In this document: positions 1 through 11,193 of the stretch, one piece after another
Layout: each line of letters starts with the position of its first letter
How positions within the stretch are numbered: position 1 is the stretch's first letter
Origin: Octopus vulgaris
Lineage: Eukaryota
DNA: 64,000 nucleotides
Direction of reading: 5' to 3'
Assembly: GCA_951406725.2 (NCBI GenBank)
Contig: OX597818.1
Span: 73,346,001-73,410,000, forward strand
Notes under the pieces: model-generated
What the model was told of the DNA's origin: nothing
Seen by the model: the letters and a program-made list of their open reading frames with translations, nothing else
Database searches by the model: none
Program-made: the position numbers and the translations under genes

Positions 1-541
1 CTTACTGCAACAGACTGTCATGCCAAGCATTAGATAAGACTTTGGAGTGATAAGAGGATACAAGATGCAGACTCAATATTTTTTTTACTTTAATCTGTTC
101 GATAAGACTTTGTTTCAGCAAGATGGGGCACCTCCATACTACCATCGCGATGTTAGATCCTTCCTTGGTATGATCTTGCTAAACAAGAAGGGGTTTCGTT
201 GAATACCCTCCACGTTCACCGGACCTCACACACTAGTCTTTTTTTATGGGAATACCTAAAAGACAAAGTCTACACTATGAAACCTGCAACAGTCGCTGAT
301 TTGAGAGCAGCCATTGAACTAGAATGCACACAGATACCAAACCAATTGTTTCGTGATGTTTGCGATTACATTGCTTCGCGTTGCCAGTAGTGCCTGGACC
401 AGAACGGACTCAGTTTGTAAAAAGTTGTTGAAAAAACAATAAAATATTGTCTGTAGTTTCTATTAAATTTTGAAAACGAAATGTATTTTAATAAACTTTA
501 CAATTATCTAAAGTGTGTATACATTATTTGGGGACACCCTG
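1..541 (+). mobile_element. 3' part of a decayed Tc1/mariner-superfamily (DD37D/maT-like) DNA transposon
   Basis: Frames give FQQDGAPP (~113), EYPPRSPDLT (~201) and FLWEYLKDKVY...LRAAI...C, with frameshifts and stops. The element ends in a TIR-like ...GGGGACACCCTG followed by TA (542-543). Confidence 0.8.
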
Positions 542-1159
542 TATATATACATACATACATATATACTTTTTTCTTTTACTTGTTTCTATCCTTTGACTGT
601 AGCCATGCTAGGGCACGACTTTTAATCGAATTTTAATCGAACAGATTAAAGTTAAAAAAATATTGAGTCTGCATCTTGTAACCTCTTATCACTAACTAGA
701 AACATGACTAATACGATTTTCAACATTTGGAGCATGATAACTACTAAATTTGCAGCATTAGTTCGACCGACATAGAAACACGTATAGTTCCATCTATAGA
801 CTGTTCTATAGATTATTCCCTATATTCTCACGAGCCAACGAAGGGAGATCACAAATTCTTCTGGTAATGGAGTCCAGTTTTCCCTCATAACACACCATAT
901 CATCATAGAAAACTGACGTATTAGATACAAATACATGATGGTCGCGGCGTATTGTTATGAAAAGTTTTCGATGGTCATGTTCTAACTAAGGTTAATTGAA
1001 ACGAAAAAGATCTGATGAAAACTGATCTTGACCTAAGCGGAAATATGTATATATGACACCCTGTATATATACATACATATATACTTTTTTCTTTTACTTG
1101 TTTCTGTCCTTTGACTGTAGCCATAAATTTTAATCGAATTTTAATCGAACAGATTGAAG
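533..1159. repeat. ~110 bp direct duplication (533-651 / 1055-1159) flanking ~400 bp of other sequence
   Basis: GACACCCTGTATATATACATAC...TTTTACTTGTTTCT.TCCTTTGACTGTAGCCAT...TTTTAATCGAACAGATT occurs twice. Confidence 0.85.
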
Positions 1160-1520
1160 CCAGATATTTCTTAAAGTCTTATATTTTCTCCGCTAGGTTA
1201 CGAGGGCGTAACACACAATCACCGGTTGTCAAGCGGTGATTAGGAGAGAAGCACAGACACAATGACGTGCGCGCACACACACACAATGACGCGCGCGCGC
1301 ACACGCACACACACACACACACGTACGCACATACACTCATTCCTATATAAATGTATCCGAGAGTCTTTTTTCAGTTTCCGTCTACCAATCCACTCAGAAG
1401 GCTTTGGCTAGATGGATGCTATAGTAGAAGACACTTTCCCAAGATGCCACGCAGTGAGGCTGAACTCGGAACAATGTGGTTGAGAAACAAGCGCCTTGTC
1501 ACACAGACACATCTGCGCCT
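1085..1520 (-). mobile_element. tRNA-derived SINE family A (octopus OR/OK-like, with CORE-like ACCTTGGGCAAG segment)
   Basis: The minus strand begins AGGCGCAGATGTGTCTGTGT...; shares TTTCCGTCTACCAA.TCCACTCA, TAGTAGAAGACACTT, GTTGTCAAGCG and TTTTACTTGTTTC with the copies at 6560, 11611, 38715 and 57945. Confidence 0.8.
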
Positions 1521-1573
1521 ATTTACATTCATATATGTATATATACACAGACACACAAACATACATGCATATA

Positions 1574-1624
<51 letters not shown>

Positions 1625-1629
<5 letters not shown>

Positions 1630-1900
1630 ATTCAAATATGAACAAAGAGAAAACACAACAACGCGAGGACGTGGAACAAGTATAGTGTTAAGGAGGCTCA
1701 GGAAAGGAAAGAAAAAAGGATGATTTAACGTTTCGAGTGGAGCTCTTCGTCAGAAACATAGAAAAAGGAAAGGTCCAAGAAAGGGAAGGCGGAGAAAGAA
1801 AATCGCCAACGATAAACACGCGGTCCCATATTGAAATGAGGGGAATTGGTGAAGAAAAATTTCTTTCAAAGACAGGAGAGAGCAAGAGAAGGAGGTATGT
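1625..1900 (-). mobile_element. Short non-coding Penelope-type/retrozyme-like element next to (TA)n
   Basis: Contains the minimal HHR at 1723-1757. A truncated sibling (TATAGT.TTA..GGA.GCTCAGGAAAG) lies at ~25353-25400. Confidence 0.55.
1723..1757 (-). ncRNA. Minimal type I hammerhead ribozyme
   Basis: Minus strand: GTTT-CTGACGA-A-GAG-ctcca-CTC-GAAAC-GTT-AAAT. Helix I GTTT/AAAT, helix II GAG/CTC, palindromic AACGTT helix III, GUU site. Confidence 0.65.
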
Positions 1901-2572
1901 GTTTGTATGTCTGGGTATGTGCGTGCGCGCAGGTCTGTGTGTGTGTGTGCATACGTTTGTAATGAGAACACGTATATATATATATATATATATGGGTGAG
2001 ATCTGGACACCGCGAGGTGTTCCAGCAGCACGTAACCCAATTTTAGAATGGTTTGAAGTAATCGCGTGGCCGTACGTGGGCTTGCATAAAGAACACCTAA
2101 TTTGATAACAGACCTCGGCGTTTGATGCGAATTATTGGCTTCAGTTTAATGGCCAACATTTAGCCAATACAGGTGACTGCGACCCCTTTTCCAGTTAACA
2201 TTTCAGAATTGGCGATTACCGTTAACATCACATTTTCGACGGAAGTTTTAGACTTCTATTTATTTTTGCGCTGGCGAATGAACGTTAGAGATAGTTGAAA
2301 TGCCTTTTAAGACCTCTATCAGATTCTTCCTGAAATTGCTCATGATAAGTTGTTCATATGACGCTTGAGTGCCTGGCTGTTCTCCCAAAACAAGGCCAAG
2401 CTATGGAATTTGGGCACTTGCTTACGGTAACCAGGATAAATAAACCGTCGATGTCAGCAATTTCTGCTCCGTTCTACCTCCCATAAATACGTCAAACGGG
2501 AAGTCACCTTCCTTCGTAACCAAGTAGGAACCATCGCTTTAGTGTTAATTCTACACTAACCCACATACACAT

Positions 2573-2727
2573 AGGCGCGGGCGCGGGCGTGGGTTGCTCC
2601 CCAACCACATGGTTCCAGTTTCAGTCCCGGTGCTTGGAATCCTAAGCTAGTGTGTTCTGCTATAACCTTCGGCCGACCAAGACTATATCCTTGAATTTGT
2701 TTCGTGGAAACTGAAAAAAGCCTGTCC
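2573..2727 (+). mobile_element. SINE family A, 5' half
   Basis: AGGCGCGG...CCAACCACATGGTTCCAGTTTCAGTCCC...CTATAACCTTCGGCCGACCAA...GGAAACTGAAAAAAGCC, the reverse complement of the family A heads. Confidence 0.75.
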
Positions 2728-2831
2728 TATATGTATATACATATATATATACACACACATATAATGTATATGTATATGTATGTGTATATATATGTATATC
2801 TATCTATGTATTTTTCTCTCTCTCTCTCTCT

Positions 2832-2881
<50 letters not shown>

Positions 2882-2882
2882 T

Positions 2883-4091
2883 CAGGTCATGGATAAAATA
2901 ATTTAATACACCTAGCATCATAGCATCATAATTTTGAAATATCTATAAAACCGTCAAAAGCATGTTTATTTTTATTCTTTTTGATTTATTATTAGTGTTG
3001 CTAAATATTTTGCTAAAATTGCTGCTTCGTTTCAGATATCATCAAAAACATGTAATTAAAATTCATTAAAGCGACAGATCTATCGAAGTTCCAAAGTTGT
3101 AAAATTGTTGTTGCTTGGATGGCAGACGCTAGCGTAAGGAAAACAGCCAAAATGTTTGGGGTATCAAGAAGTACTGTCTCGAAAGTTATGACACCTTTTA
3201 AGAAAGAGGGAAAAACCTCTTGTCGAAAAGGAAGGAAACCAAAACTTTCAGATAGGCTTAATGAACACCTCGAAAACCAAGATTCCACAAAACTGTCCGC
3301 CGGAAGCTGTACAAAGCCGGATTTCACAAGAGGGCTGCAATCAGAAAATCACTATTTTCAGAAACAAAGCGGCGCAGCGTTTTGATTGGATTGGAACCCT
3401 TGAGAATTGGTCCCCAGAGCAGTGGAAGAACATTATTTTGCGGGCGAGTCATCCCTTACCTTATCTCCGACCACCGGCCAAGTATGTATGTGGAGACAGC
3501 CAAAAGAAGCATTTGACCCAGACTGCCTTCCTCCAACTGTTAAACATGGAGGAGGATCTGTGATTATTTGGGTTTGGGCTATATCTTGGAAATGCGCAAG
3601 CTCAATATTTTCCCTTCATGGTAGAATTAACAGTCAAGACTATTTAAACATTTTAACTGTTCAAATTCCTTCTATGGCTGCGGAATTGTTACCAGAAGGA
3701 AGCGCAAAAATAATCTTTCAGGATAATAATGCACTAATTTACCCAGATAAATTGTTACTGAATGGCACGAGGAACATTCTAGTGTAGTTGAACATCTTTT
3801 CTGGCCACCACAACCCCCAGATCTCAAAATTATTGAACATTTATGGTGCATTTTAGAAAAACAAGTAAGGTGTCGATATCCTCCAGCATCATCACTATAA
3901 GAACTGGAGCCTTTTAGCGGAATAATGGAAAAAAATTTGTTGGAGACAATTCAAACTTTGTACGAGTCCATGCCTTGTAGAGTTCAAGCTGTAATTACTG
4001 CCAAAGGCGGTCCTACCTTATATTAAAATAATTTGTTTGAAATTTGAATACTGAAATTTTAAGCTGTTTCCATTACTTTGTCCAAGTCCTG
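2883..4091 (+). mobile_element. Full-length but decayed Tc1 (DD34E-type) transposon
   Basis: Degenerate TIRs CAGGTCATGGATAAAATAAT / ATTACTTTGTCCAAGTCCTG-TA between (TA)n tracts. Paired-like HTH (ASVRKTAKMFGVSRSTVSKV...GRKPKLS), PTVKHGGGSVIIW, IFQDNNA and WPPQPPDLKIIEHLW motifs; several frameshifts. Confidence 0.9.
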
Positions 4092-4147
<56 letters not shown>

Positions 4148-5303
4148 TTATTTATGGGTGTGTTAATCTGTTAAGTTTGTGTATTTCTGAATGTAAATTT
4201 ATATTTTTTCTATGCGTTTACATTATAACTTCCTGTATCTGTGTACATGTTATATAAACCGTTTTGTTTTTGCGAGTGTGCATCTGTATTCATATATGTA
4301 TATCTTTGGTACACGTATACATATATATGTTTTTTATGATAGTGTGTACATATGTTTATCGACATTTTAATGCAATTTTTGACGTCGGAATTCAACAGTG
4401 AATATCACTATATATGTTTCTTTTTTCGTAAACACATACATACACACGTACATTCATTGATATATTAATATACACACACACAAATAGAGAGAAAGAGAGA
4501 GAGAGAGTGAGAGAGAGAGAAATGTCAGTATATATTTCTATATTTATGTCTTACCATATGTACATATGTATATAAGAGTATACATTTTTCTTTGATTACT
4601 TATACGTTTCTGATCACATAACAATCCCCTTTATTCCTCTATGATATATCTAATTACATATAAAAGAGCTATCAATCAGAAATATATTAGAAATTGTTCT
4701 CATACTTTGAGTCTCAAACATAATTTTAAAATGAAATAGAATTTTTAACTGAACTTGCAAATCTAAGAAAAAAAAAGGAACATTGAAAACAGAGCATCTG
4801 GTTTTCTTTATAGCTTTCTTGTCATTGTTATAGCAAATTCGATTATCGTTAACGATATAGAATACGTTCGCTGCGTATGAAATATAAAAAAAATGTGATG
4901 TAAATCAACATTCAGACAGAACAAACATTGAAGCAAAATTCATTTACGAAAATAATATAATTCCATTCTGGGAATAATGATTCCTTCACTCAAAGATTTG
5001 TGTTATTCTAGATCGATTTAACTATTCTGTTAAATCACTCAAGCTACATCTTAGAAAACATCAGATATTTTCCTAGCCAAATATTATTAACTTATACCGA
5101 AAGTAATAGAGTGTAGTTCAGAATTTCACACTGTAACATATCATTCCGGGATCGAACTTTTCTATTGCTTTAGTCTGTATACATGTATATAGTGCAATGG
5201 TTAATTCTTCATTGAAACCTTTTTCACTGTTCTCCTTTCTGTTAACGGCTAGGCGTTCAGGCAAGTATACAGGCATTGATGTAGCAACATTTGAAATGTT
5301 GTC

Positions 5304-5389
5304 CGGGTAAATCTAGATGAAGAAGACTAATCAAATTTACGATAACAAACGTATTTGAAGAGTCCGAAAACTAGGTACTATATTATCCG
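5304..5389 (+). ncRNA. Degenerate type I hammerhead ribozyme
   Basis: CGGGTAAATCTAG-(A)TGAAGA-A-GACT..TCAAAT.TACG..CGTA.TTTGA..AGTC-C-GAAA-aCTAGG-TA-CTATATTATCCG. Helices I and II pair, helix III is near-palindromic, and C3 of the core is mutated. Confidence 0.55.
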
Positions 5390-5399
5390 ATTCCGGGTT

Positions 5400-7676
5400 G
5401 TCCATTTAACTTATGTTCTTCCTATATATATATTGGATGAGTTGGTCAATAAACCCACTGACGTTGATCTCTGTTATTGATAATATACCTGAAATACCAA
5501 CAAAACATCTTTTAGTAGAGGTTTCAAACCTGGCTATAATAAAAGCGGCGATCGGGAAATTGAAAAATAGAAAGACTTCTGGTGTGGATGGATTATGTGC
5601 AAAGATATGCACATATGGTGGTGAACATCACTTCAATACTCTATAAATCGAAAGGTGAAAAGGATGTCTGTGATAACTTTCGCGTTATCTCTCTGTTAGC
5701 TGTCGCTGGAAGAGTTCATTGTAGGGTAATGGTGGATAGATTGCTCCTGCACATTGCCCATCAATTTCTACGTGAATCACAAATGGGTAGTAGGAGTTCT
5801 ATGGATTTTTTCAGCTGGACAGTTACAAGAGAACTATTTCGAACAGGATATGGACTTATATAAGATTTTTATTGATCTGACGAAAGCGTTTGGTTCTGGA
5901 AATAGTTACACTTTGGGAGATCCAGAAAAAAAGCCAGGATGTCCTTAAAATTTATGAGAATGCTTAGAAAATTTCATGACAAGATCCAAAGCTATCTTCC
6001 TGCTCCTACATTGTTTGCTCTGCATTTTACAATAGTCATCAAAAAAGCTTTCCAAAATTGCGCAGAAGGTGTCTATATAAAATATAGGACAGCGGGAAAA
6101 CTTTTGAACCTCCAAAGATTTAGTGTCAAAACAAAAGTTCTTCATTCTCACATCATTGAGTTTTTGTATGCATTTAATTGTGACCTGCGATTTCAGCATC
6201 GTGTAGAGCATTGGACCTTACTGTCAACTTGAAAAAAAAAAAAAACAGTTCTAATGTACGATCGTGCCTCCTCTAAACTTTATGTGGAACCTTCTATAAA
6301 TGTGAATGATCAAATGTTAGAAGTTGTTACCAAATTCATTTATTTTGGAAGTACTTTGAGCACTGCTGGTCTGGATGATGAAATTTCATATAGAATCAGC
6401 AAAGCTAGTAGTGCCTTTGATATGCTTAACAGGCGTCTCTAGCCATAGTATATCTTCCCAAATTAAAGTTAGGATTTATAACACACGTATCCTGCCATCT
6501 TTGCTAGGTTGTTTATCGTTGGCAGTTAAAGCATTTGAAACGATATCATAAATATTTTCTCATTCTTTTATTTGTTTCAGTCATTTGACACTAGGACTTA
6601 TTCTTTGTAAGATTAGTACTTATTCTATCTGTCTCTTTTGCCGAACCGCTTAGTTACGGGCACGTAAACACGCCAGCATCGGTTGTCAAGCGATGTTGGC
6701 GGGACACAGACACACAAACATATAGACACACATACATATATATATACATATATATGATGGGCTTCTTCCATTTTCCGTCAACCAGATCCACTCACAAGGC
6801 TTTGGTCGACCCGAGGAGATAGTAGAAGACACTTGCCCAAGGTGTCACACAGCAGGACTGAACCCGGAACAAGCTACTGACCACACAGCCACTCCGTAGG
6901 AAAATTCTTGGGATAAATTGGAAAATGGTCATCAGTGATTTGGAGGTACTTGAGAGAAGTGGTAGTAGAAAAGTAGAATCAATGATTCTGCAAAGTCGTT
7001 TGAGATGGGGTGGACATCTGATAAGAATGAATGATGAAAGTCTTCCCAAGCGACTTTTGTATGATGAGATAGAAGATGGTAGGTGGCAAGCACATAAACC
7101 CAAAATGAGTTATGAGAACTGACTCAGAATGGCTCTGACACAGACAGGAATTTTTGGAGAGGGGTACACAAGACCGCCGAAATGGCTGGAGGAGGAGAGT
7201 GCACAGTGAATGTTCGAGGTTTGAAAGAGAGATAATGAAGCACAAGAAGATTAGGAGAAGGCTTAGAAGGAATGAAACTGTGGAGTTTTGGCTTTTGGGT
7301 GCGTGGTTTGTGTGTGTTGGGGGGGGGGAGGTGCTTGAGTCGTGCGGGCCTGGGTAGCCATCAGACAACTCACAGGATTCGAACCATGGTAAATTGTGAT
7401 ATGGCTATTGTTCAGAACAGAACATGTGCAACATGTGGAAAGACGTGGCTCTCAGTTGGAAGACTGAAAAAGCATGTCAAAAGAGTTCATACAGTAGCGC
7501 CTGTTCTCTCTGCCAGCCAGAACATCATCACAGTTGTATATTATGTAATAGAATGTGCAACACTTACACCGAGCTCAAGAGTCATAGAGGGGGGGGTCAC
7601 ATTTCATCAACAATGATTCATTTCAGTGATTCTTTCTAGCAATGGCCTTGCTCGTATACGAGAAAGCAGCTAAAGA

Positions 7677-7680
<4 letters not shown>
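5400..7680 (+). mobile_element. 5'-truncated, decayed RTE-clade LINE (reverse transcriptase plus C-terminal C2H2-like fingers)
   Basis: LKNRKTSGVDG, LYKSKGEKDVCDNFRVISLL, FIDLTKAF, LYAFNCDL (dead YADD), LEVVTKFIYFGSTLS...EISYRISKASSAF, RKILGINWK, RLRWGGHLIRMNDESLPKRLLY; many stops and frameshifts. Confidence 0.9.
6560..6896 (-). mobile_element. SINE family A inserted into the RTE LINE
   Basis: Family A sequence interrupts the RTE frame between ...KHLKRYHKYFL and RKILGINWK. Confidence 0.85.
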
Positions 7681-7717
<37 letters not shown>

Positions 7718-7822
7718 CATATATCGGACAAACCATGCCAGACCACCAGTACCAGCGAATCCAAAAATACAAATGAGATCTAGTATTCTCCTAGTATTTT
7801 CAAATCCAAATCAGAATAAATC

Positions 7823-7886
7823 TCTGAGCTGATGAAGGAAATGTTGGCGTTTAGTCAACTAATCCAGAAACAGGCTTGTCCTCGGG
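7823..7886 (+). ncRNA. Type I hammerhead ribozyme, copy 1
   Basis: TCTGAG-CTGATGA-A-GGA.GTTGGC-gttta-GTCAAC.TCC-A-GAAAC-AGGCTT-GTC-CTCGGG. Helix I TCTGAG/CTCGGG; quasi-palindromic ACAGGCTTGT helix III; predicted cleavage after 7880. Confidence 0.75.
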
Positions 7887-8383
7887 TGATCTCAAATGGA
7901 TGTGATCTTTCGTTGATTTTTCCTTTATACCTATGTGAGTTATTTCTGAGTATGCATTGTCTGGGAGTCTTTTCTTGCAGTAGAAGAAATAGCCAAATTT
8001 TTGGCTGCTATTTCTAAAAGCTCGGTATGTGGTAAAGTAAATTATTTTACTTTACCCTATTTTTATAAAGTAATATTTCAAATATACCGTAAAAGGTCGT
8101 TTTACATACCGAACACTGCTCGGTCAAATTAATTAATAATTAAATAATTTTACCCTTTTTTATTGACAATTTAATAATTTCTCCCCAAAAATGTTAACTA
8201 CAGTTTTGCCTCGTAGGAATGCACTACTCTGTAACTCACGTGGGTGGACAGGGAGAATACTAGATCTCATTTGTATTTTTGGATTCGCTGGTACTGGTGG
8301 TCTGGCATGGTTTGTCCGGTGTTACTCATATCGGACGGGTATGTTTGATTTTTAGTACTTTCAAATCAAAATCAGAAGAAATC

Positions 8384-8447
8384 TCTGAGCTGATGAAGGA
8401 AATGTTGGCGTTTAGTCAACTAATCCAGAAACAGGCTTGTCCTCGGG
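8384..8447 (+). ncRNA. Type I hammerhead ribozyme, copy 2
   Basis: Identical to copy 1 and 561 nt downstream; predicted cleavage after 8441. Confidence 0.75.
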
Positions 8448-8631
8448 TGATCTCAAATGGATGTGATCTTTCGTTGATTTTTCCCTTATACCTATGTGAG
8501 TTATTTCTGAGTATGCATTGTCTGAGAGACTTTTCTTGCAGTAGAAGAAATAGCCAAATTTTTGGCTGCTATTTCTAAAAAGCTCGGTATCTGGTAAAGT
8601 AGATTATTTTACTTTACCCTATTTTTATAAA

Positions 8632-8677
<46 letters not shown>

Positions 8678-8680
<3 letters not shown>

Positions 8681-9272
8681 ATTAATCAATATAGGGTAGC
8701 AAAAAATTCAGCAGAAATTATTTTGCTACCAGCGGTCTAGTGAGAAAAAGGAAATAGTCAGGGACTATTTATAAATTCAACATCAAATTAAGGAACGGCC
8801 ATAATAGGCCGTTCAACCCACTAGAAATAACAGCCAAAGCTTCAACCGCAAAATAGTAGTAATTCCGTAAATCAGGAGAAAATTAAAAAACATTTAAACT
8901 TTCCACTTTATACAATGCATCGTTTCATCGTTTTTTAATGGTAAATCAGCCTGATTAAATTAAATCAAGCTAATCTTCCATACGCCAACAGATTCATCAG
9001 TAAAGTAAGCCAGGAGGGAGAGATATTTACACGAGGCAGCACCACTACCGCTTCGGCAATATCTAACCTAAAATTTTCAAAATCATCGTACTCGCGCCAA
9101 TTTATCGGCAGCAAATATAAGCTGACGATTCCAATTCGGAATTAAACAGATCTAGTATTCTCCCTGTCCACCCACGTGAGTTACAGAATAGTGCATTCCT
9201 ACAGAGGCAAAACTGTAGTTAACATTTTTGGGGAGAAATTATTAAATTGTCAATAAAAAAGGGTAAAATTAT
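8678..9272 (-). mobile_element. Second HHR-bearing non-coding element, tail-to-tail with the R-U-R unit
   Basis: 9148-9272 is the reverse complement of 8144-8267. It carries a different HHR (8905-9006) and is bounded by TA-rich tracts. Confidence 0.65.
8905..9006 (-). ncRNA. Type I hammerhead ribozyme with long helix II
   Basis: Minus strand: ACTTTA-CTGATGA-ATC...GATTAGCTTGATT-taattt-AATCAGGCTGATT...GAT-GAAAC-GATGCATT-GTA-TAAAGT. Helix I is 6 bp, helix III is the palindrome ACGATGCATTGT, GUA site. Confidence 0.75.
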
Positions 9273-9693
9273 ATATATGTAATAGACAATTTAACATAAT
9301 AGTCATTACATATAATTCCTTTATTATACAAAAATTGGCTTCCCACTTTTTTCCAGTTGTCATTAGTAATAGGTTTTCTCAATTCGTCTATTGAACTGAG
9401 GTGAACTGAAAGACCTAAGAAACAATAAACAGAGCACTTGAAGAATGGCTATTGTATGGGGAAACCGGGGGAAGTTTGAGATGTTTAAGTTGAAAAGGTA
9501 AAGGCAGGTACGATGGACTGGTAGCAATTGAAGGAGCGGTACTTAGTAGAAGTAGCAGTAGTAATATGAGTAGTAGAAATAGTAGTAGGTGTAATAGTAG
9601 GAGTATTAGGGACAGTAATGTACATAGGTCGGCAACATTACCATATTGGCATTAACCCATAATCTCTCACTGTTTGTTGTCTCTCTCTCACTC

Positions 9694-9771
<78 letters not shown>

Positions 9772-10695
9772 CTGACTCATGTGATAGATGCGCACATGTG
9801 TGATGGCGTGTGTGTGTTTACATGTGCGGGTGTAAATATAAACACACGAAACGCTACGCTAACACGAGTATATGTACCTTTGGATTTACGGGTGTATGAG
9901 TGCAAAAGTATAGATACATTTGTATGAACGTAAACCTGGAACTGTAGAAATATTTGGGTATGTATGTGAAGTTATGAATGCACGCGCGCGAGTGTGCGTG
10001 CATCGCGCATATGTGTCTATATTAGTATGAATGTGTCTGTCATTGGTGATAACTAACAACCCGGTACTATTGATACAGCTATTGATACAAACTTAATATA
10101 ACACCAGTTTAAACGTAACTATAACCTTAATATAACTGTGACGACAGAATTTTAATATCGTTACTCAACAGTCTTATGTGTATCGCCCTCCCAGACAATT
10201 TCGCTTTTATCTTCATTTCATTCTTTTTTCTAGTACCCTTCCCTCGCTTTAAACTTAATATAATTTTTCTCTGCTAACCTCATATTTTCAATATTACTTT
10301 GCCATGATAAAAATAGATTTTACTATTTTCTTATATATATCGTAGCAGTACCTCACTTCCTAAATGAAGCAGGCAGATAACAACATAACTGCCAAAGATC
10401 AAGATATTTAGTGAGACCCTACTTTATGTATGAATGTATTAGATAATTCCCAGAGTGCAAGGTTGATGCAAAATAGTATGATTCACAGCATCCCGTCTAT
10501 AATACACAGTTGCAGGATGGGTCGAGACGATCGTTGTAAAGAGTAAACCGTTATACAGTTTCCCTCTTCTATTCACTTAATCGATTATGTCTGTGTGAGT
10601 GTGTGTTTGTGTGTGTGTGTGAGGTGTATGTATGTATGTGTGTGTGTATATATATCTATTTAGATATGAATATATATATATATGTGGGTATATGT

Positions 10696-10747
<52 letters not shown>

Positions 10748-11083
10748 AAATCCATATGTATGCATGTGTATAACGAGTTTTCATGAAGTTTCGAATGGAA
10801 AGAGGTTGTTATATTTTTTCTTTATCTAAGCGTACACCGCTTTAGTTCCATATCGACTAATATTATTTGACTTTCATTAATCTATGTTTGTATTAGTGTT
10901 AACACTTATGAAGTTCCAGTTGTCGTTATAGATGTTTTTAAACATTCGATATAGAACGGAATTTTAATAATACAACAGAAAGAAAATGGAGAGTTTGAAC
11001 ATAGAAAAATCAATTTATTTATATAATTATCAGTTTCATTTCTGCGTACGTTTCAATTTCTTACTTATGAAAAAATATATATG

Positions 11084-11164
<81 letters not shown>

Positions 11165-11193
11165 GCATGTGAGTGTGTATGTGTGTGTGTGTG

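Larger units (their letters stand above)
7725..8633 (+). mobile_element. R-U-R retrozyme-like/Penelope pLTR-like non-coding element with a 5' inversion
   Basis: ~280 bp direct repeats at 7792-8071 and 8353-8633, each with an HHR. 7725-7791 is a perfect 67 bp inverted copy of 8252-8318. Both ends abut (TA)n. Confidence 0.75.

Noticed and set aside
990-1040. GAAAC...CTGATGA near a hairpin
   Set aside because: No UH site or helix III in any permutation; not a hammerhead.
1993-2565. Possible MITE with TGGGT(G/T)AG ends
   Set aside because: Terminal similarity is short and degenerate, and there is no second copy in the window.
7832-8578. Duplicated ORF MKEMLAFSQLIQKQACPRV...
   Set aside because: An incidental frame across the HHR-bearing direct repeat; no protein motif.
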